Part shown: positions 11,947 to 22,237 of the stretch, in pieces | Position numbering within the stretch: position 1 is the stretch's first letter | Layout of the letters: every line of letters starts with the position of its first letter | Origin: Bacteroidota bacterium | GTDB lineage: Bacteria; Bacteroidota; Bacteroidia; Palsa-948 | Assembly (NCBI GenBank): GCA_003164895.1 | Contig: PLUL01000014.1 | Location: forward strand, 100,954 to 164,953 | Direction: 5' to 3' | DNA: 64,000 nucleotides | Program-made: the position numbers and the translations under genes | Notes under the pieces: generated by a model | Database searches by the model: none | What the model was told of the DNA's origin: nothing | Seen by the model: only the letters and a program-made list of their open reading frames with translations

Positions 11947-14004
11947 TTACCAGATTACCACCCTCAAGCTATCTGGCTGATACATTCCATCGCCTTGCTT
12001 CACATTAAATGTTTTATAAAACTCCGGAATGTTGCTTAGCGGACCATTCACACGAAATTGCGAGGGCGCGTGAACATTGGTCATTATCTGCCTTGCGAGA
12101 GATGCATTTTTAATATTTACCATCCACGCATACGCATACGCAAGAAAGTAACGCTGATCAGGAGTGAGTCCACTTATTAATTTATTTTCTTTGTACTGAG
12201 GAGTTTTTTTAAACGCTTCGTAACCCATCACCACACCGCCAAGATCGGCAATGTTTTCGCCTTGCGTTGCATCTCCGTTCACGTGCATGCTGTCGAGCAC
12301 AATGAATTTGCTGAACTGCTTCACAATTAATTTTGTCTTGGCAATAAATTTTTGTTTGTCCGATGGCGCCCACCATTTGTTCAGGTTTCCATTTTCATCA
12401 TACTGGCTTCCTTCATCGTCAAAGCCGTGAGTTATTTCGTGCCCGAAAGTGGAGCCGCCAATAATTCCATAGAGGATCGCATCATCGGGCATGCGTCCTT
12501 CAAAGCCGGGAACAATGATGTTGCAGGCAGGCACAACAATTTCGTTGTTGCCGGGATTGTAATATGCATTGTAAGTTTGCGGAGTCATTCCCCATTCTTT
12601 TCGGTCAACAGGTTTGCCATATTTATTTATGTTGTAATTGTAAAACCAATTGTTGGCGCGCATCACGTTCGAACAATATCCGCTGCGGTCAATGTTGAGT
12701 GCGCTCAGGTCTTTCCATTTATCAGGATAACCCACCTTCATCACGATGGCAGAAAGTTTGCTCAGCGCTTTTGTCTTGGTGGAATCACTCATCCAATCCA
12801 ATTTTTTTAGATGCTCTGCAAATACATCACGGATGTTGTTTCCTATCTCCAGCAATTTTTCTTTCGAACCCTTTGGCAAATATTCATCCACATACACCTG
12901 ACCAATTAATTCACCAAGAGAAGAATTATTGGTTTGCTCCACCACACGTTTCCATCGCGGCTTCTGTTCGGTAACTCCATTCATTATTGTAGAATAGAAT
13001 TTAAAATCCTGTTGTTCCAATTCTTTATTGAGATATGTTGCGTAGGAATTCACTGCGTTCCATTTTAAATAAGTTTTCCAGTTGTCAATGGAATATTTTT
13101 TCAGCAATGTATTCAGTGTTTCATAAAATTCGGGCTGACCAACCACCACCGAATCCGCATTTTTAATTCCCATCTCCGGCAGAATTTCATTCCATGCAAT
13201 GTTTGAAGTAAGTTTATTGAATTGAGTCAAGCTCATCTTGTTATAATTCTTTATCGGATCTCGAAGCGCTTCTAACTTGCGCGAGGATTTTGCAAGCTCC
13301 GTTTCCAATTTCATGATGGCTTCTGAATTCTTTCCGGCAAGAGATTCATCCTGACCAATGAGTTTCAGCATGGCAACAATGTGTTTCACATATTCCTTGC
13401 GAATGTTTTCAGTGCGCGCATCGGTGTTGAAATAATAATCACGCTGACCTAATCCCAAACCTCCCTGGTAAAATATCAATGCGTACTTTGAACTTATCTT
13501 GTCATCCTGACCTACATAAAAAATAAATGCAGGGTGAATTTGCAGCGTATATAAATGAGCCATGGTTGTCATCAGGGACTTAACATCTTTCACTTCATCA
13601 ATTTTATTCATCACATCATTCAGAGGAGCAATTCCATTCTTATCAATAGACGCCGTATCCATGCCCGAGGCAAAAAAATCACCAATCTTTTGTTTGTTGC
13701 TTCCTTTGGCGGCTTTGGTATCGCCCGATGCTGTTACGCACACGCGCCTCACCTGTTCGTTAATGGTATCGTCAATCAATTTAAAAATGCCGTTGCTGTT
13801 CTCCGATGCCGGAATTGCATTGCGCTTGAACCAGCCCCCATCGGCATAATGAAAAAAATCCACAGCGGGATTAACTGTGGTATCGCGGTTGGTTACCAAC
13901 GGATCGGGCAGAACTTGCTCGGTTGTTTTTTTACCGGCATTGTTGCAGGCAATGAATGCAAGCAAAAGAAATGATGCTGCGGCTAAACTGATTTTGAATT
14001 TCAT
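11947..14004 (-). CDS. pepO: M13 family zinc metallopeptidase (PepO/neprilysin-like), lipoprotein
   Basis: HEITHGFDDEG zinc-binding HExxH; GENIADLGG; NAYY; N-terminal lipoprotein signal LLLAFIACNN (the ORF may begin 9 codons upstream at 14031). Confidence 0.85.
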   Translation of the reverse strand: MKFKISLAAASFLLLAFIACNNAGKKTTEQVLPDPLVTNRDTTVNPAVDFFHYADGGWFKRNAIPASENSNGIFKLIDDTINEQVRRVCVTASGDTKAAKGSNKQKIGDFFASGMDTASIDKNGIAPLNDVMNKIDEVKDVKSLMTTMAHLYTLQIHPAFIFYVGQDDKISSKYALIFYQGGLGLGQRDYYFNTDARTENIRKEYVKHIVAMLKLIGQDESLAGKNSEAIMKLETELAKSSRKLEALRDPIKNYNKMSLTQFNKLTSNIAWNEILPEMGIKNADSVVVGQPEFYETLNTLLKKYSIDNWKTYLKWNAVNSYATYLNKELEQQDFKFYSTIMNGVTEQKPRWKRVVEQTNNSSLGELIGQVYVDEYLPKGSKEKLLEIGNNIRDVFAEHLKKLDWMSDSTKTKALSKLSAIVMKVGYPDKWKDLSALNIDRSGYCSNVMRANNWFYNYNINKYGKPVDRKEWGMTPQTYNAYYNPGNNEIVVPACNIIVPGFEGRMPDDAILYGIIGGSTFGHEITHGFDDEGSQYDENGNLNKWWAPSDKQKFIAKTKLIVKQFSKFIVLDSMHVNGDATQGENIADLGGVVMGYEAFKKTPQYKENKLISGLTPDQRYFLAYAYAWMVNIKNASLARQIMTNVHAPSQFRVNGPLSNIPEFYKTFNVKQGDGMYQPDSLRVVIW

Positions 14005-14259
14005 GATTATTGTATTAACTAATGGTTGCAAAACTAAATAAATTTGATTTGGGGAAGGGTTTTATTGGTGATTCTCTCGCACAAAGAAAGACCTTCGTTA
14101 GAAGACGAGGAAGTTTTACTTAAGTGCTATTCCACTCCACACTTCAATCCTAACCTTTTTTTATAATTAATCTCATAATATCTATTTAATTCCTTAAGCC
14201 GAGCTGTTTAGGATTATAAATCCTTATCCGCAAATTCAAAATCCAAGATTATTAAGAAA

Positions 14260-14967
14260 CTATTTTACAAATGAAAGTATTTGTTGCTTGAATTTATAAC
14301 CTAATGTATCGGTAGTGGTTCCAAAATATAAACTATCTCTCTCTTTATAAATAAGTCCAACGTTTCGAGCATATTTCTCAAATTCATTTTGATATTGAAT
14401 AAGATTTATGCTTTGAAACTGCGAAACTAATGCCACAGAATCAAAGGGCATCCCTCCTACTGCATCGTACTGATCCACCGATGTAATTTGATAAGTTTTA
14501 TTGCCAAGCGTATTATATACATTGCCGTTCCATTGCGTATTTAAGCGAGGCGGAAATATAAACCGGAGATAGGTAATGTTTTCTTCTTTTCTTTCGAGCG
14601 TGGTTTGCGTGCGTGTGGCTGACCACACTTTGGGAACACTCCATGCTGTATCCCATGTATGGGTAGTGAAATGAAACATTTTATAATATCGCTCCATTCG
14701 TAAAGTTGGTCTGCCGGAATTATCTAAAAAAGTTGCGGCAATTAATTCCTTTAGCTGATAACGGGTAGAATCAAATTGATTGGGATTGTTAGCATAAATA
14801 GAATCCACCTGGTAAATCACATAATGCCCCACATCATTGGGATAATAATTGTATCCGAAATTAACTGAAGCAGTAACAGGTTTATCTTTTTTACAGGAGA
14901 AGAAAAAGAAAATGAATATGGAAATAAAGAATATGGTATATGGAAATATTTTATTAAATATTCTCAT
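14260..14967 (-). CDS. Hypothetical lipoprotein
   Basis: Signal peptide plus lipobox FFFFSCKKD; no recognisable catalytic motif; start overlaps the mnmA stop. Confidence 0.5.
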   Translation of the reverse strand: MRIFNKIFPYTIFFISIFIFFFFSCKKDKPVTASVNFGYNYYPNDVGHYVIYQVDSIYANNPNQFDSTRYQLKELIAATFLDNSGRPTLRMERYYKMFHFTTHTWDTAWSVPKVWSATRTQTTLERKEENITYLRFIFPPRLNTQWNGNVYNTLGNKTYQITSVDQYDAVGGMPFDSVALVSQFQSINLIQYQNEFEKYARNVGLIYKERDSLYFGTTTDTLGYKFKQQILSFVK

Positions 14968-16064
14968 AGTATTGCTTTTTCAATGATACCTCCACCCACG
15001 ACATCATCTCCTTCATAAAATACCGCAGATTGCCCCGGTGCAATGGCAGAAACTTTTGTATGAAAAAAGACATCCACAGAATTCTCATCTTCCTGATTTA
15101 CCGTACTCATCGCGCCAGCATCTTTGTGCCGGATTCTTGTTACCGATTGAAAATTTTCAGGAAGTTTATCGTACTTTATTAAATTAATTTTTTTGACATT
15201 CATTTTTTGCTGCTTCACATCTTCCAGTGTGCCGAGAATTACCGTGTTGGTGTCAACATTAATTTTTGTTACATACAATGGTTCGCCAACAGCAATTTCC
15301 AATCCTTTGCGTTGACCGATTGTATAAAAAGGATACCCTTTATGTTTTCCAATAACAGTTCCATCCGCCAAAACAAAATCTCCTTCTCCGGCTTTTGTAT
15401 CAATGTCTTTTACTTTTCTTCTCAGGAATCCGCGATAATCGTTATCGGGAATAAAACAAATTTCATAACTCTCGCTTTTATTCGCAAGATCGGCAAAACC
15501 TTTTTCGGTAGCAATTTTCCTTACGTCTTTTTTGGTTAAATCGGCAAGCGGAAAAATAGTTCGCTTTAAACTTTCCTGAGTCAATCCCCACAAAACATAC
15601 GACTGGTCTTTTGTGTCGTCCAATCCTTTCGACAAAATATATCTTCCGTTTTCAAAACGCGTTCGTGCATAATGTCCTGTGGCAATAAATTCGCAATCGA
15701 GTTGATCGGCACGTTTGAGCAACGCATCCCATTTTATATAAGTATTACAAAGCACACATGGATTTGGAGTTCTGCCTGCAAGATATTCATCTACAAAATT
15801 ATTGATGATGGCATCTCCAAATTCCTGGCGCAAATCCAAAACATAATGAGGAAATCCATTTGCAACCGCAAGCGAGCGCGCATCGTTGATGGAATCCAAA
15901 CTACAGCAGCCGGTTTCTTTTTTTGATCCTCCGGCAGTAGCGTAATCCCAAGTTTTCATCGTGATGCCGATAACTTCATATCCTTGTTCGTGAAGAAAAA
16001 GCGCTGCCATGGAACTGTCAATTCCTCCGCTCATTGCCACTAAAACTCTGCCTTTCTTTTTCAC
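14964..16064 (-). CDS. mnmA: tRNA-specific 2-thiouridylase MnmA
   Basis: PP-loop VAMSGGIDSSMAA; conserved Cys residues; about 366 aa. Confidence 0.9.
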   Translation of the reverse strand: MKKKGRVLVAMSGGIDSSMAALFLHEQGYEVIGITMKTWDYATAGGSKKETGCCSLDSINDARSLAVANGFPHYVLDLRQEFGDAIINNFVDEYLAGRTPNPCVLCNTYIKWDALLKRADQLDCEFIATGHYARTRFENGRYILSKGLDDTKDQSYVLWGLTQESLKRTIFPLADLTKKDVRKIATEKGFADLANKSESYEICFIPDNDYRGFLRRKVKDIDTKAGEGDFVLADGTVIGKHKGYPFYTIGQRKGLEIAVGEPLYVTKINVDTNTVILGTLEDVKQQKMNVKKINLIKYDKLPENFQSVTRIRHKDAGAMSTVNQEDENSVDVFFHTKVSAIAPGQSAVFYEGDDVVGGGIIEKAIL

Positions 16065-17092
16065 TTGTGATTTTTTTTCTTTTGCTGTTCTTTGCTTTTT
16101 TCAAGCATTTGTTTTTTTAATACATCCACCGAATCAAAAGTTTTTTCAGAAGTCATTTTTCCATCTTCATCCCACTCTGTCCATTTTCCGGTTTTGTTAT
16201 CGTAATAATAATTTCCTTCCGATTTCTTTTTATCCGCTTCGTAATTTTCTATAAAATATCCATTTAAAGTTCCTAAAGAATAATTTACTTCTTTAAGTTT
16301 GTTTCCCTTTTCATCCCAATATTCCCATTTACCTTCCTGCAATCCGCTTTTATATTGACCTTTCACTTTGGGTTTGCCATCCTTTTCATGCCATTCTCCA
16401 AAATCACCATCCAGTTTTTCAAGGTTATAATTCTCTCTTCCGATAATTACTAATCCGCGTCTGTCGTAATAAATCCATTTGCCATGCTTGAGCGAATGCT
16501 GATAATGTCCGACAGTGGAAATAATTTTTCCGGGATAATAATATTTAATTTCCCCTTCAAGAAATCCCGAATTGTAAGTGCCTTCTGTTTTCGGACTTCC
16601 ATCATCGTAATATTGTTTCCAGTCTCCGTTCAAAATGCTGTCTTTCCATGTTTTTTCTTCTACAAGTTTTCCTTCCTGATTAAAATTCTTTTCGGCTCCA
16701 TTTTTCTTCCCGTTCTTATAAGATTCCTCTGATACAAGTGCATTCGGTGCGTCATAATATCTCCAAACGCTATCTTTTTTCTGATTAATGTATTTTCCTT
16801 CTGCCATCAGAATATTTCCGGGGAAATAATGTTTGGTCATGCAAACGGAACCATCTTTTGAATACTTGGAAACTGTTTGCAATTCACCTGTGTCATAAAA
16901 ATATTTGAATTCACCAATCGGTTTATCGTCCTTGAAATTTCCATCGTAAATCGGTCTTTCGTGTTCATCTTTTTTTATCCAATGACCTTGCCTTTTTCCG
17001 TTCTTATCCATTTGGTTTAATGAAGATGGCTGTGCAAAAAGAACAACGGAAGCTAGAATAAAAACAAGTGATAATAATGCGGGTTTAATCAT
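16061..17092 (-). CDS. Secreted MORN-repeat-variant protein
   Basis: Signal peptide; many repeats of the G.W..YY..G....EG.Y.NG.K.G.W type. Confidence 0.6.
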   Translation of the reverse strand: MIKPALLSLVFILASVVLFAQPSSLNQMDKNGKRQGHWIKKDEHERPIYDGNFKDDKPIGEFKYFYDTGELQTVSKYSKDGSVCMTKHYFPGNILMAEGKYINQKKDSVWRYYDAPNALVSEESYKNGKKNGAEKNFNQEGKLVEEKTWKDSILNGDWKQYYDDGSPKTEGTYNSGFLEGEIKYYYPGKIISTVGHYQHSLKHGKWIYYDRRGLVIIGRENYNLEKLDGDFGEWHEKDGKPKVKGQYKSGLQEGKWEYWDEKGNKLKEVNYSLGTLNGYFIENYEADKKKSEGNYYYDNKTGKWTEWDEDGKMTSEKTFDSVDVLKKQMLEKSKEQQKKKNHK

Positions 17093-17135
17093 ATTAAACG
17101 AAGATACGAAGAAAAGATAAATAAAATTGTTTTAC

Positions 17136-18254
17136 CTACAATGACTTACTAAACTCAATAATTGAATTTGCAAGATTGCCCCACGACAATTTACTTTTCA
17201 GCAATTTTATTTCCTCCTGAAATTTTGATTTCAAATTCTGGGAGAAATAATTTTCAATTGCCTGTGCAATAAGACCTGAATCTGGCAAATCAACTATTAA
17301 TCCTGTTTTATTGTGAATAATACTTTCTTTTAATCCGCCGGTATCCGTTGCGATAAGCGGAAGATCAAAATGATATGCAATGGAAGTGATTCCGCTTTGC
17401 GTAGCAGATTTGTATGGAAGCACGCAAACATCCGCAGAAGAAAAAAATAAAGGCACTTCATCATCGCTGATGTAACGAACATGTAAAGAAATTTTATTTA
17501 GAATTCCCAATTTTTCAATTTGCTGATTGTATTTATCAAACGAACCGTATACTTCACCGGCAATCACCAAAACATATTCATTGTTCAATTTAGCAACAGC
17601 ATCAATGAGCAAATCAAGTCCTTTGTAATCACGAATGAAACCAAAAAACAGAATAACTTTTTTTTCTTCCGGTATATTTAACTTTTTCTTTGCTTCAACC
17701 GGATCCGCATTTTTTCCAAAATGGTCATACAAAGGATGAGAATGAAAAATATATTTTGCATCAGGAATCAATTTCAATAAATCATTTTTTACAGAATCGC
17801 TCATCACAACAAAACCGTGGTTTTGTTTCAGAAAATATTTTGTAAATGCTGTATCAAAAAACTTTTTCTCATGCGGAATTACATTGTCAAGAATCGTAAT
17901 CACCTTAGATTGTTTTCTGACTTTTTTCGCAACAGTTCCAAGCGATGGAGCCATGTATGACATCCAGTATTTCATCAGCAAAATATCAGGAGAAAAAATT
18001 TTAATCTTATTTGCAGCTGAATAATAACTGAGCGGATTCAATGTGTCCAAAACTCTTTCTGAAGGAATTTTATCCGCATTATCCTTCTCCGTAACCATTT
18101 GCGTTTCTCCGGGAAAAAGAAAATCAGGATACTGACGCGTGAACGTAAAAGGTCTTACAAAATGTTCTTTTTCAAAAGCACGATAAAGAGAAGCGTTGAA
18201 TTGGGCTATACCGCCACGATAAGGATAAAAAGTTGAAAGAAAAGCAAGTTTCAC
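17136..18254 (-). CDS. Glycosyltransferase family 4 (GT-B, group 1)
   Basis: C-terminal GT4 pattern ...VIAGEVYGS...LPYKSATQSGI...; first gene of a tight glycosyltransferase operon. Confidence 0.7.
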   Translation of the reverse strand: MKLAFLSTFYPYRGGIAQFNASLYRAFEKEHFVRPFTFTRQYPDFLFPGETQMVTEKDNADKIPSERVLDTLNPLSYYSAANKIKIFSPDILLMKYWMSYMAPSLGTVAKKVRKQSKVITILDNVIPHEKKFFDTAFTKYFLKQNHGFVVMSDSVKNDLLKLIPDAKYIFHSHPLYDHFGKNADPVEAKKKLNIPEEKKVILFFGFIRDYKGLDLLIDAVAKLNNEYVLVIAGEVYGSFDKYNQQIEKLGILNKISLHVRYISDDEVPLFFSSADVCVLPYKSATQSGITSIAYHFDLPLIATDTGGLKESIIHNKTGLIVDLPDSGLIAQAIENYFSQNLKSKFQEEIKLLKSKLSWGNLANSIIEFSKSL

Positions 18255-18285
18255 GGCTAATGGATAATGGATATAAAACCAAAAA

Positions 18286-19377
18286 TCATTTTACCAATTT
18301 TGTTATGAAATTAAAAATCGTGTCAACAGAAATATCTTTCATGCAATGTTTTTCACCTCGTTTACATGAATTTCCATAATAACAATCACATCCTGAAGTC
18401 GGTTCTGCAATTACACCGTTGTTGTACAAATAAAATTCATGTTTATTAAAAATATTATTGAACAGCACAAGTGGTTTTTTCAATCCAATGGCAATGTGCA
18501 TCATCATGGATACAGCCGTCAGAACGCAGTCGCAAACAGAAGTGAAAGCGATAAATTCAGGCAAGGAAAAAGTACCCGGATAAAATGCTCCGGTGGCAGA
18601 GGAATATTTTTTATTCATCTCGTCTTCATCCGGTCCGCCAAGCAAAAGAGGAAAATAATTTTGCGCCTGAAGTTTTTTTATCAACTCAATCCAATAAGTT
18701 TCGGGCCACAAACGGGTTTGCCAGCGCTTTCCGCAACCGGTATTTAATCCGATTATTTTTTTACTTCCGGCTTTCTCCTTTACGAATTTGAATTTCTCGG
18801 CAAGTTTTGAATCGAAGTTAAGAAGATACGGTTCTCCCTCGAACTTCATATCGCATATTTCAAAAATTTCTTCGAGATAATTTTTTGTGTTCTGCTTGGA
18901 AATATTATCAAAAACTCCGGTAATTAATTTATGTTCAGCGTGCGGAGTAGCAATAGAAACATGATTATCCTTCCATATAAATCCAAATTTCCTTTTTGCC
19001 TTCACATTCTGTAGCAATATACATGCTTCTTTATCTTTATCCAGATTTATGGCAATGTCATAATCTGTATTGCTGATTTTGAAGACGGAAGTAAAATCAA
19101 AACGACAGATTTCATTTACCCAATCTTTTGGAAGAATTTCGGGCGTGTGAGTAACCCATGTAATGTGCGGAGAAGGAAACTCTTTTTTGAAACGCACCAA
19201 CAAAGGCGTGGAACGCATTACATCGCCAATCGCTCCGAGTTTGATAATTAAAATTCGTGTTTCAATCTTTTCGTACTCATCGCAGGAAGAACAGACTTTA
19301 TCGCGCAACTTATTCGGAACGCAGGGAATTTCCCCTTTAAAATATTTGCAATCGAATTTTATTTCCGACAACTTCAT
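18286..19377 (-). CDS. Glycosyltransferase family 9 (heptosyltransferase-like) with Cys-rich N- and C-terminal extensions
   Basis: GT9 N-terminal motif ILIIKLGAIGDVMRSTPLL; extra Cys clusters CKYFKGEIPC...CSSC (N-terminal) and CDCYYGNSCKRGEKHC (C-terminal). Confidence 0.7.
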   Translation of the reverse strand: MKLSEIKFDCKYFKGEIPCVPNKLRDKVCSSCDEYEKIETRILIIKLGAIGDVMRSTPLLVRFKKEFPSPHITWVTHTPEILPKDWVNEICRFDFTSVFKISNTDYDIAINLDKDKEACILLQNVKAKRKFGFIWKDNHVSIATPHAEHKLITGVFDNISKQNTKNYLEEIFEICDMKFEGEPYLLNFDSKLAEKFKFVKEKAGSKKIIGLNTGCGKRWQTRLWPETYWIELIKKLQAQNYFPLLLGGPDEDEMNKKYSSATGAFYPGTFSLPEFIAFTSVCDCVLTAVSMMMHIAIGLKKPLVLFNNIFNKHEFYLYNNGVIAEPTSGCDCYYGNSCKRGEKHCMKDISVDTIFNFITKLVK

Positions 19378-20312
19378 AATCCTGCTTTCTTTTCTATTTG
19401 ATATTTATTTTTATCCGAAGAATGACGAACAATAAGTTCTGAAACAAATCCGGTAAGAAATAATTGAGTGCCAACAATCATTGCAAGCAAGCCAAAATAA
19501 AACAGCGGACGGTCGGTCATTTTGTGAACATCCATAGCGAATTTGAGATAAGCAAGATAACAAGCAATTACAAAACCGAAGAAAAAAATAATCGTACCAA
19601 GCAATCCGAACAGGTGCATGGGGCGTTTGCCAAACTTTGTAACAAAACCTATGGAAAGTAAATCAAGAAATCCATTGATAAATCTTTCCAATCCGAACTT
19701 TGTAGTTCCGTATTTCCTTTTCTGATGCTGAACTTCCTTCTCCCCTATTTTCCTGAAACCTGCCCAACCTGCAAGCACAGGAATATAGCGATGCATTTCT
19801 CCATACACGTCAATATTTTTCACAACCTCTTTTTTGTAAGCTTTCAATCCACAGTTAAAATCATGAAGTTGAATTCCCGACATTTTTCGTGTAGCCCAAT
19901 TAAAAAGTTTTGTAGGAATTGTTTTAGTGAACGGATCAAAACGTTTTTTCTTCCAACCGGAAATCAAATCATAATCATCCTGAGAAATCAATTTATACAA
20001 ATCTGGAATTTCATCGGGGGAATCCTGAAGGTCTGCATCCATTGTAATGACAACATCGCCTTGAACTTGCTCAAATCCCATTTGAAGCGCGGCAGATTTT
20101 CCATAATTTCTTCTCATGCGGATTCCTTTCACATTTGAATTTTGTGAAGACAACTGCTCAATTATTTTCCATGAACCATCGTTGCTGCCATCGTCAACAA
20201 AAATAATTTCGTAAGACAAATGATTGGCAGCACAAACCCGCACAATCCATTCGGAAAGTTCAGGCAAGGATTCTTCCTCGTTCAATAATGGAATTACGAT
20301 GGATATATTCAT
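19374..20312 (-). CDS. GT2 polyprenol-phosphate glycosyltransferase (GtrB/ArnC/DPM1-like)
   Basis: ISIVIPLLNEE...IIFVDDGSNDGS...ITMDADLQD catalytic region followed by two C-terminal TM helices. Confidence 0.8.
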   Translation of the reverse strand: MNISIVIPLLNEEESLPELSEWIVRVCAANHLSYEIIFVDDGSNDGSWKIIEQLSSQNSNVKGIRMRRNYGKSAALQMGFEQVQGDVVITMDADLQDSPDEIPDLYKLISQDDYDLISGWKKKRFDPFTKTIPTKLFNWATRKMSGIQLHDFNCGLKAYKKEVVKNIDVYGEMHRYIPVLAGWAGFRKIGEKEVQHQKRKYGTTKFGLERFINGFLDLLSIGFVTKFGKRPMHLFGLLGTIIFFFGFVIACYLAYLKFAMDVHKMTDRPLFYFGLLAMIVGTQLFLTGFVSELIVRHSSDKNKYQIEKKAGL

Positions 20313-20959
20313 GAATTTTGTGCTGGTTGTTGAACACCGCTTTCAGGAAACAGCGGAGGAGTTTTGCGGACAAATATCGCCATGATAAAACCAAAAACAG
20401 AATACCAAAGCAACGTGAAGAAAATATCTTTTATCATTCCGACAATAGTTATATTTTTTGCGGCTTCAAATTTTGCCTGCATGTCGTCAATCGTTTGGTC
20501 AATTTTATCCTGAGGAGCATTGAATTTTTCCATCCACGCAGTAGTTTTTTGGATTGTTGCGTTTTCAATATTTTCCATCAGATGAGGATCAAGGTAATTA
20601 ATTGTACGCTGATAACCCGAATTCATTACACCGGCAATTACAGACATAATCATAATTGCAAAAAATGCCTGCCAGTAAGATATTTTTTCAAGGGAAGAAG
20701 TTTTTTTCAAACTAAGGGAGAAAAATATGTACAATCCTAAAATCAGTAATCCAAAACCGATGCCGAGCCACCAGTTTGTCATGATTTCTACACCCATAAA
20801 ATAAATTAACAACGACAGAATTATTATTATTCCGCCCAGTATAAGTCCGAATTGTAATGCCTTTTTGTTTAACATGGTTTTTATTTTGTTGGCAAAGTTA
20901 ATAGTTAATAGAATATCTGAACAACGAACAATAAAACAATCTATTGCCCATTTCATCAT
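20309..20959 (-). CDS. DUF4199-like integral membrane protein
   Basis: Four predicted TM helices; translationally coupled to the GT2 gene, an arrangement often seen with GtrB-like enzymes. Confidence 0.5.
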   Translation of the reverse strand: MMKWAIDCFIVRCSDILLTINFANKIKTMLNKKALQFGLILGGIIIILSLLIYFMGVEIMTNWWLGIGFGLLILGLYIFFSLSLKKTSSLEKISYWQAFFAIMIMSVIAGVMNSGYQRTINYLDPHLMENIENATIQKTTAWMEKFNAPQDKIDQTIDDMQAKFEAAKNITIVGMIKDIFFTLLWYSVFGFIMAIFVRKTPPLFPESGVQQPAQNS

Positions 20960-21000
20960 TCAAAATTTTTTATTGATTATTCGATATTCGTTTTATCTTC

Positions 21001-21104
21001 GCCGCGGGTAAGCCCTGTACGACCAGCTCCTGTTGAACTTCCCCAGGATCGGAAGGTAGCAAGGATAAAATGGTTGAGCGGTGCGCTACAGCAAGCTTAC
21101 CCTT
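21001..21104 (+). ncRNA. ffs: Signal recognition particle RNA (bacterial small 4.5S type)
   Basis: 8-bp terminal helix GGGUAAGC/GCUUACCC, extended by CUGUA/UACAG; domain IV-like CCAGGAUCGGAAGGUAGCAAGG resembles the E. coli CCAGGUCAGGUCCGGAAGGAAGCAGCCAAGG with its GGAA tetraloop; followed by a T-run. Confidence 0.6.
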
Positions 21105-21200
21105 TTTTATTTCTCGATTTCATCTGTATCGTGGAGGCAAATTTAATTCCAAAATACATTAATTACTATATTTGTCTTTAGAAATATCACATTAAAGTAA

Positions 21201-21680
21201 TTGCCAAGCGATTTTGCTGTGAAAAAGTTAAAACAAATGTCAATAAGAAATTTTCTGTATTTTTTTATTTTCGGTATTTCTATTGGAAAAATTTCTGCGC
21301 AACAAACATTTGCCCTCGCAAACACAAACAACAAGATTGAGTTTCATAATCCTTCGTCATCTCACCATCTTTCTTTTTCTGAATCACAAAATATTGAATT
21401 AAATAATTATAACACATCCAAACAGTCATTTGTTTTTAAAAATCACAAAGCAACAACCCTCTTTAATACCAATTTATTTCACAATCAAAGTAAGACATCT
21501 TTTAAACTTACCGGTCCGCAAGGCGCAATAATTGGAGCTGTAATCGGTGGTTTGGTTGGTTATTATGCTATTACTAATAATGCGCATCCTACTGTACCTA
21601 CTCTTACCAAAGTTTATGGCACATTTGCGGGTGCAATAGCTATTGCTCCTATTGGATATGTATTATGTATCGCTTTTTAA
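21201..21680 (+). CDS. Hypothetical secreted protein with C-terminal glycine-zipper TM region
   Basis: Signal peptide; GAIIGAVIGGLVGYY glycine zipper. Confidence 0.45.
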   Translation: MPSDFAVKKLKQMSIRNFLYFFIFGISIGKISAQQTFALANTNNKIEFHNPSSSHHLSFSESQNIELNNYNTSKQSFVFKNHKATTLFNTNLFHNQSKTSFKLTGPQGAIIGAVIGGLVGYYAITNNAHPTVPTLTKVYGTFAGAIAIAPIGYVLCIAF

Positions 21681-21709
21681 AAAATTAAACTTGCCTTAAA
21701 TATTCTATC

Positions 21710-22237
21710 ATGAAACATATTTTATTTTTTACTCTCTTTATTTCAGCATCTCTATTTTCCTTTTCTCAAAAAAGAGATACGTTTAATCTTTTTCAGAAAC
21801 AAGCTAAGCGAAAAGATGTAAACAAAGAACTTCAATCGCATCCACCAAGCAAATTAGATTCGATTTACTATATAAAATACGGAACAAATGCAGGAAGATG
21901 CGTGGGTTATTGTTTTCACGAAGCCACTATTGATTCAAACAATATTGTTATCGTAAAAAAAACGATGAGAGAAGATAAGAATTATCCGATGAAAACCGAC
22001 AGCACTCACACCACCAGCGACCAATGGAATATGCTGATAAACTCCATTGAAATAAATTCTTTTTTTTCTATTCCCGAAAAAATTGGAGAACCTGGCGCAA
22101 CTGACAGAGGAATTGAGTGGATTGAAATTAATTACACCGGAAAAACTCACAAAGTTACTTTTGATAGCGCAGAACTTGAGGATTATGATGGCATTAAAAA
22201 CTTAGATAAACTTTTGAAAAGTGTAACTCATTTTTGA
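21710..22237 (+). CDS. Hypothetical secreted protein
   Basis: Signal peptide [20 protein letters not shown]; no known motif. Confidence 0.45.
   Translation: MKHILFFTLFISASLFSFSQKRDTFNLFQKQAKRKDVNKELQSHPPSKLDSIYYIKYGTNAGRCVGYCFHEATIDSNNIVIVKKTMREDKNYPMKTDSTHTTSDQWNMLINSIEINSFFSIPEKIGEPGATDRGIEWIEINYTGKTHKVTFDSAELEDYDGIKNLDKLLKSVTHF

Noticed and set aside
12352-13974. Several 90-150 aa plus-strand ORFs inside the M13 peptidase gene
   Set aside because: They are antisense to a well-supported peptidase CDS (HExxH and GENIADLGG motifs).
14032-14259. 228-bp intergenic region considered as a possible small RNA or riboswitch
   Set aside because: Only short local hairpins are present, with no recognisable conserved RNA motif. 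It was left unannotated.
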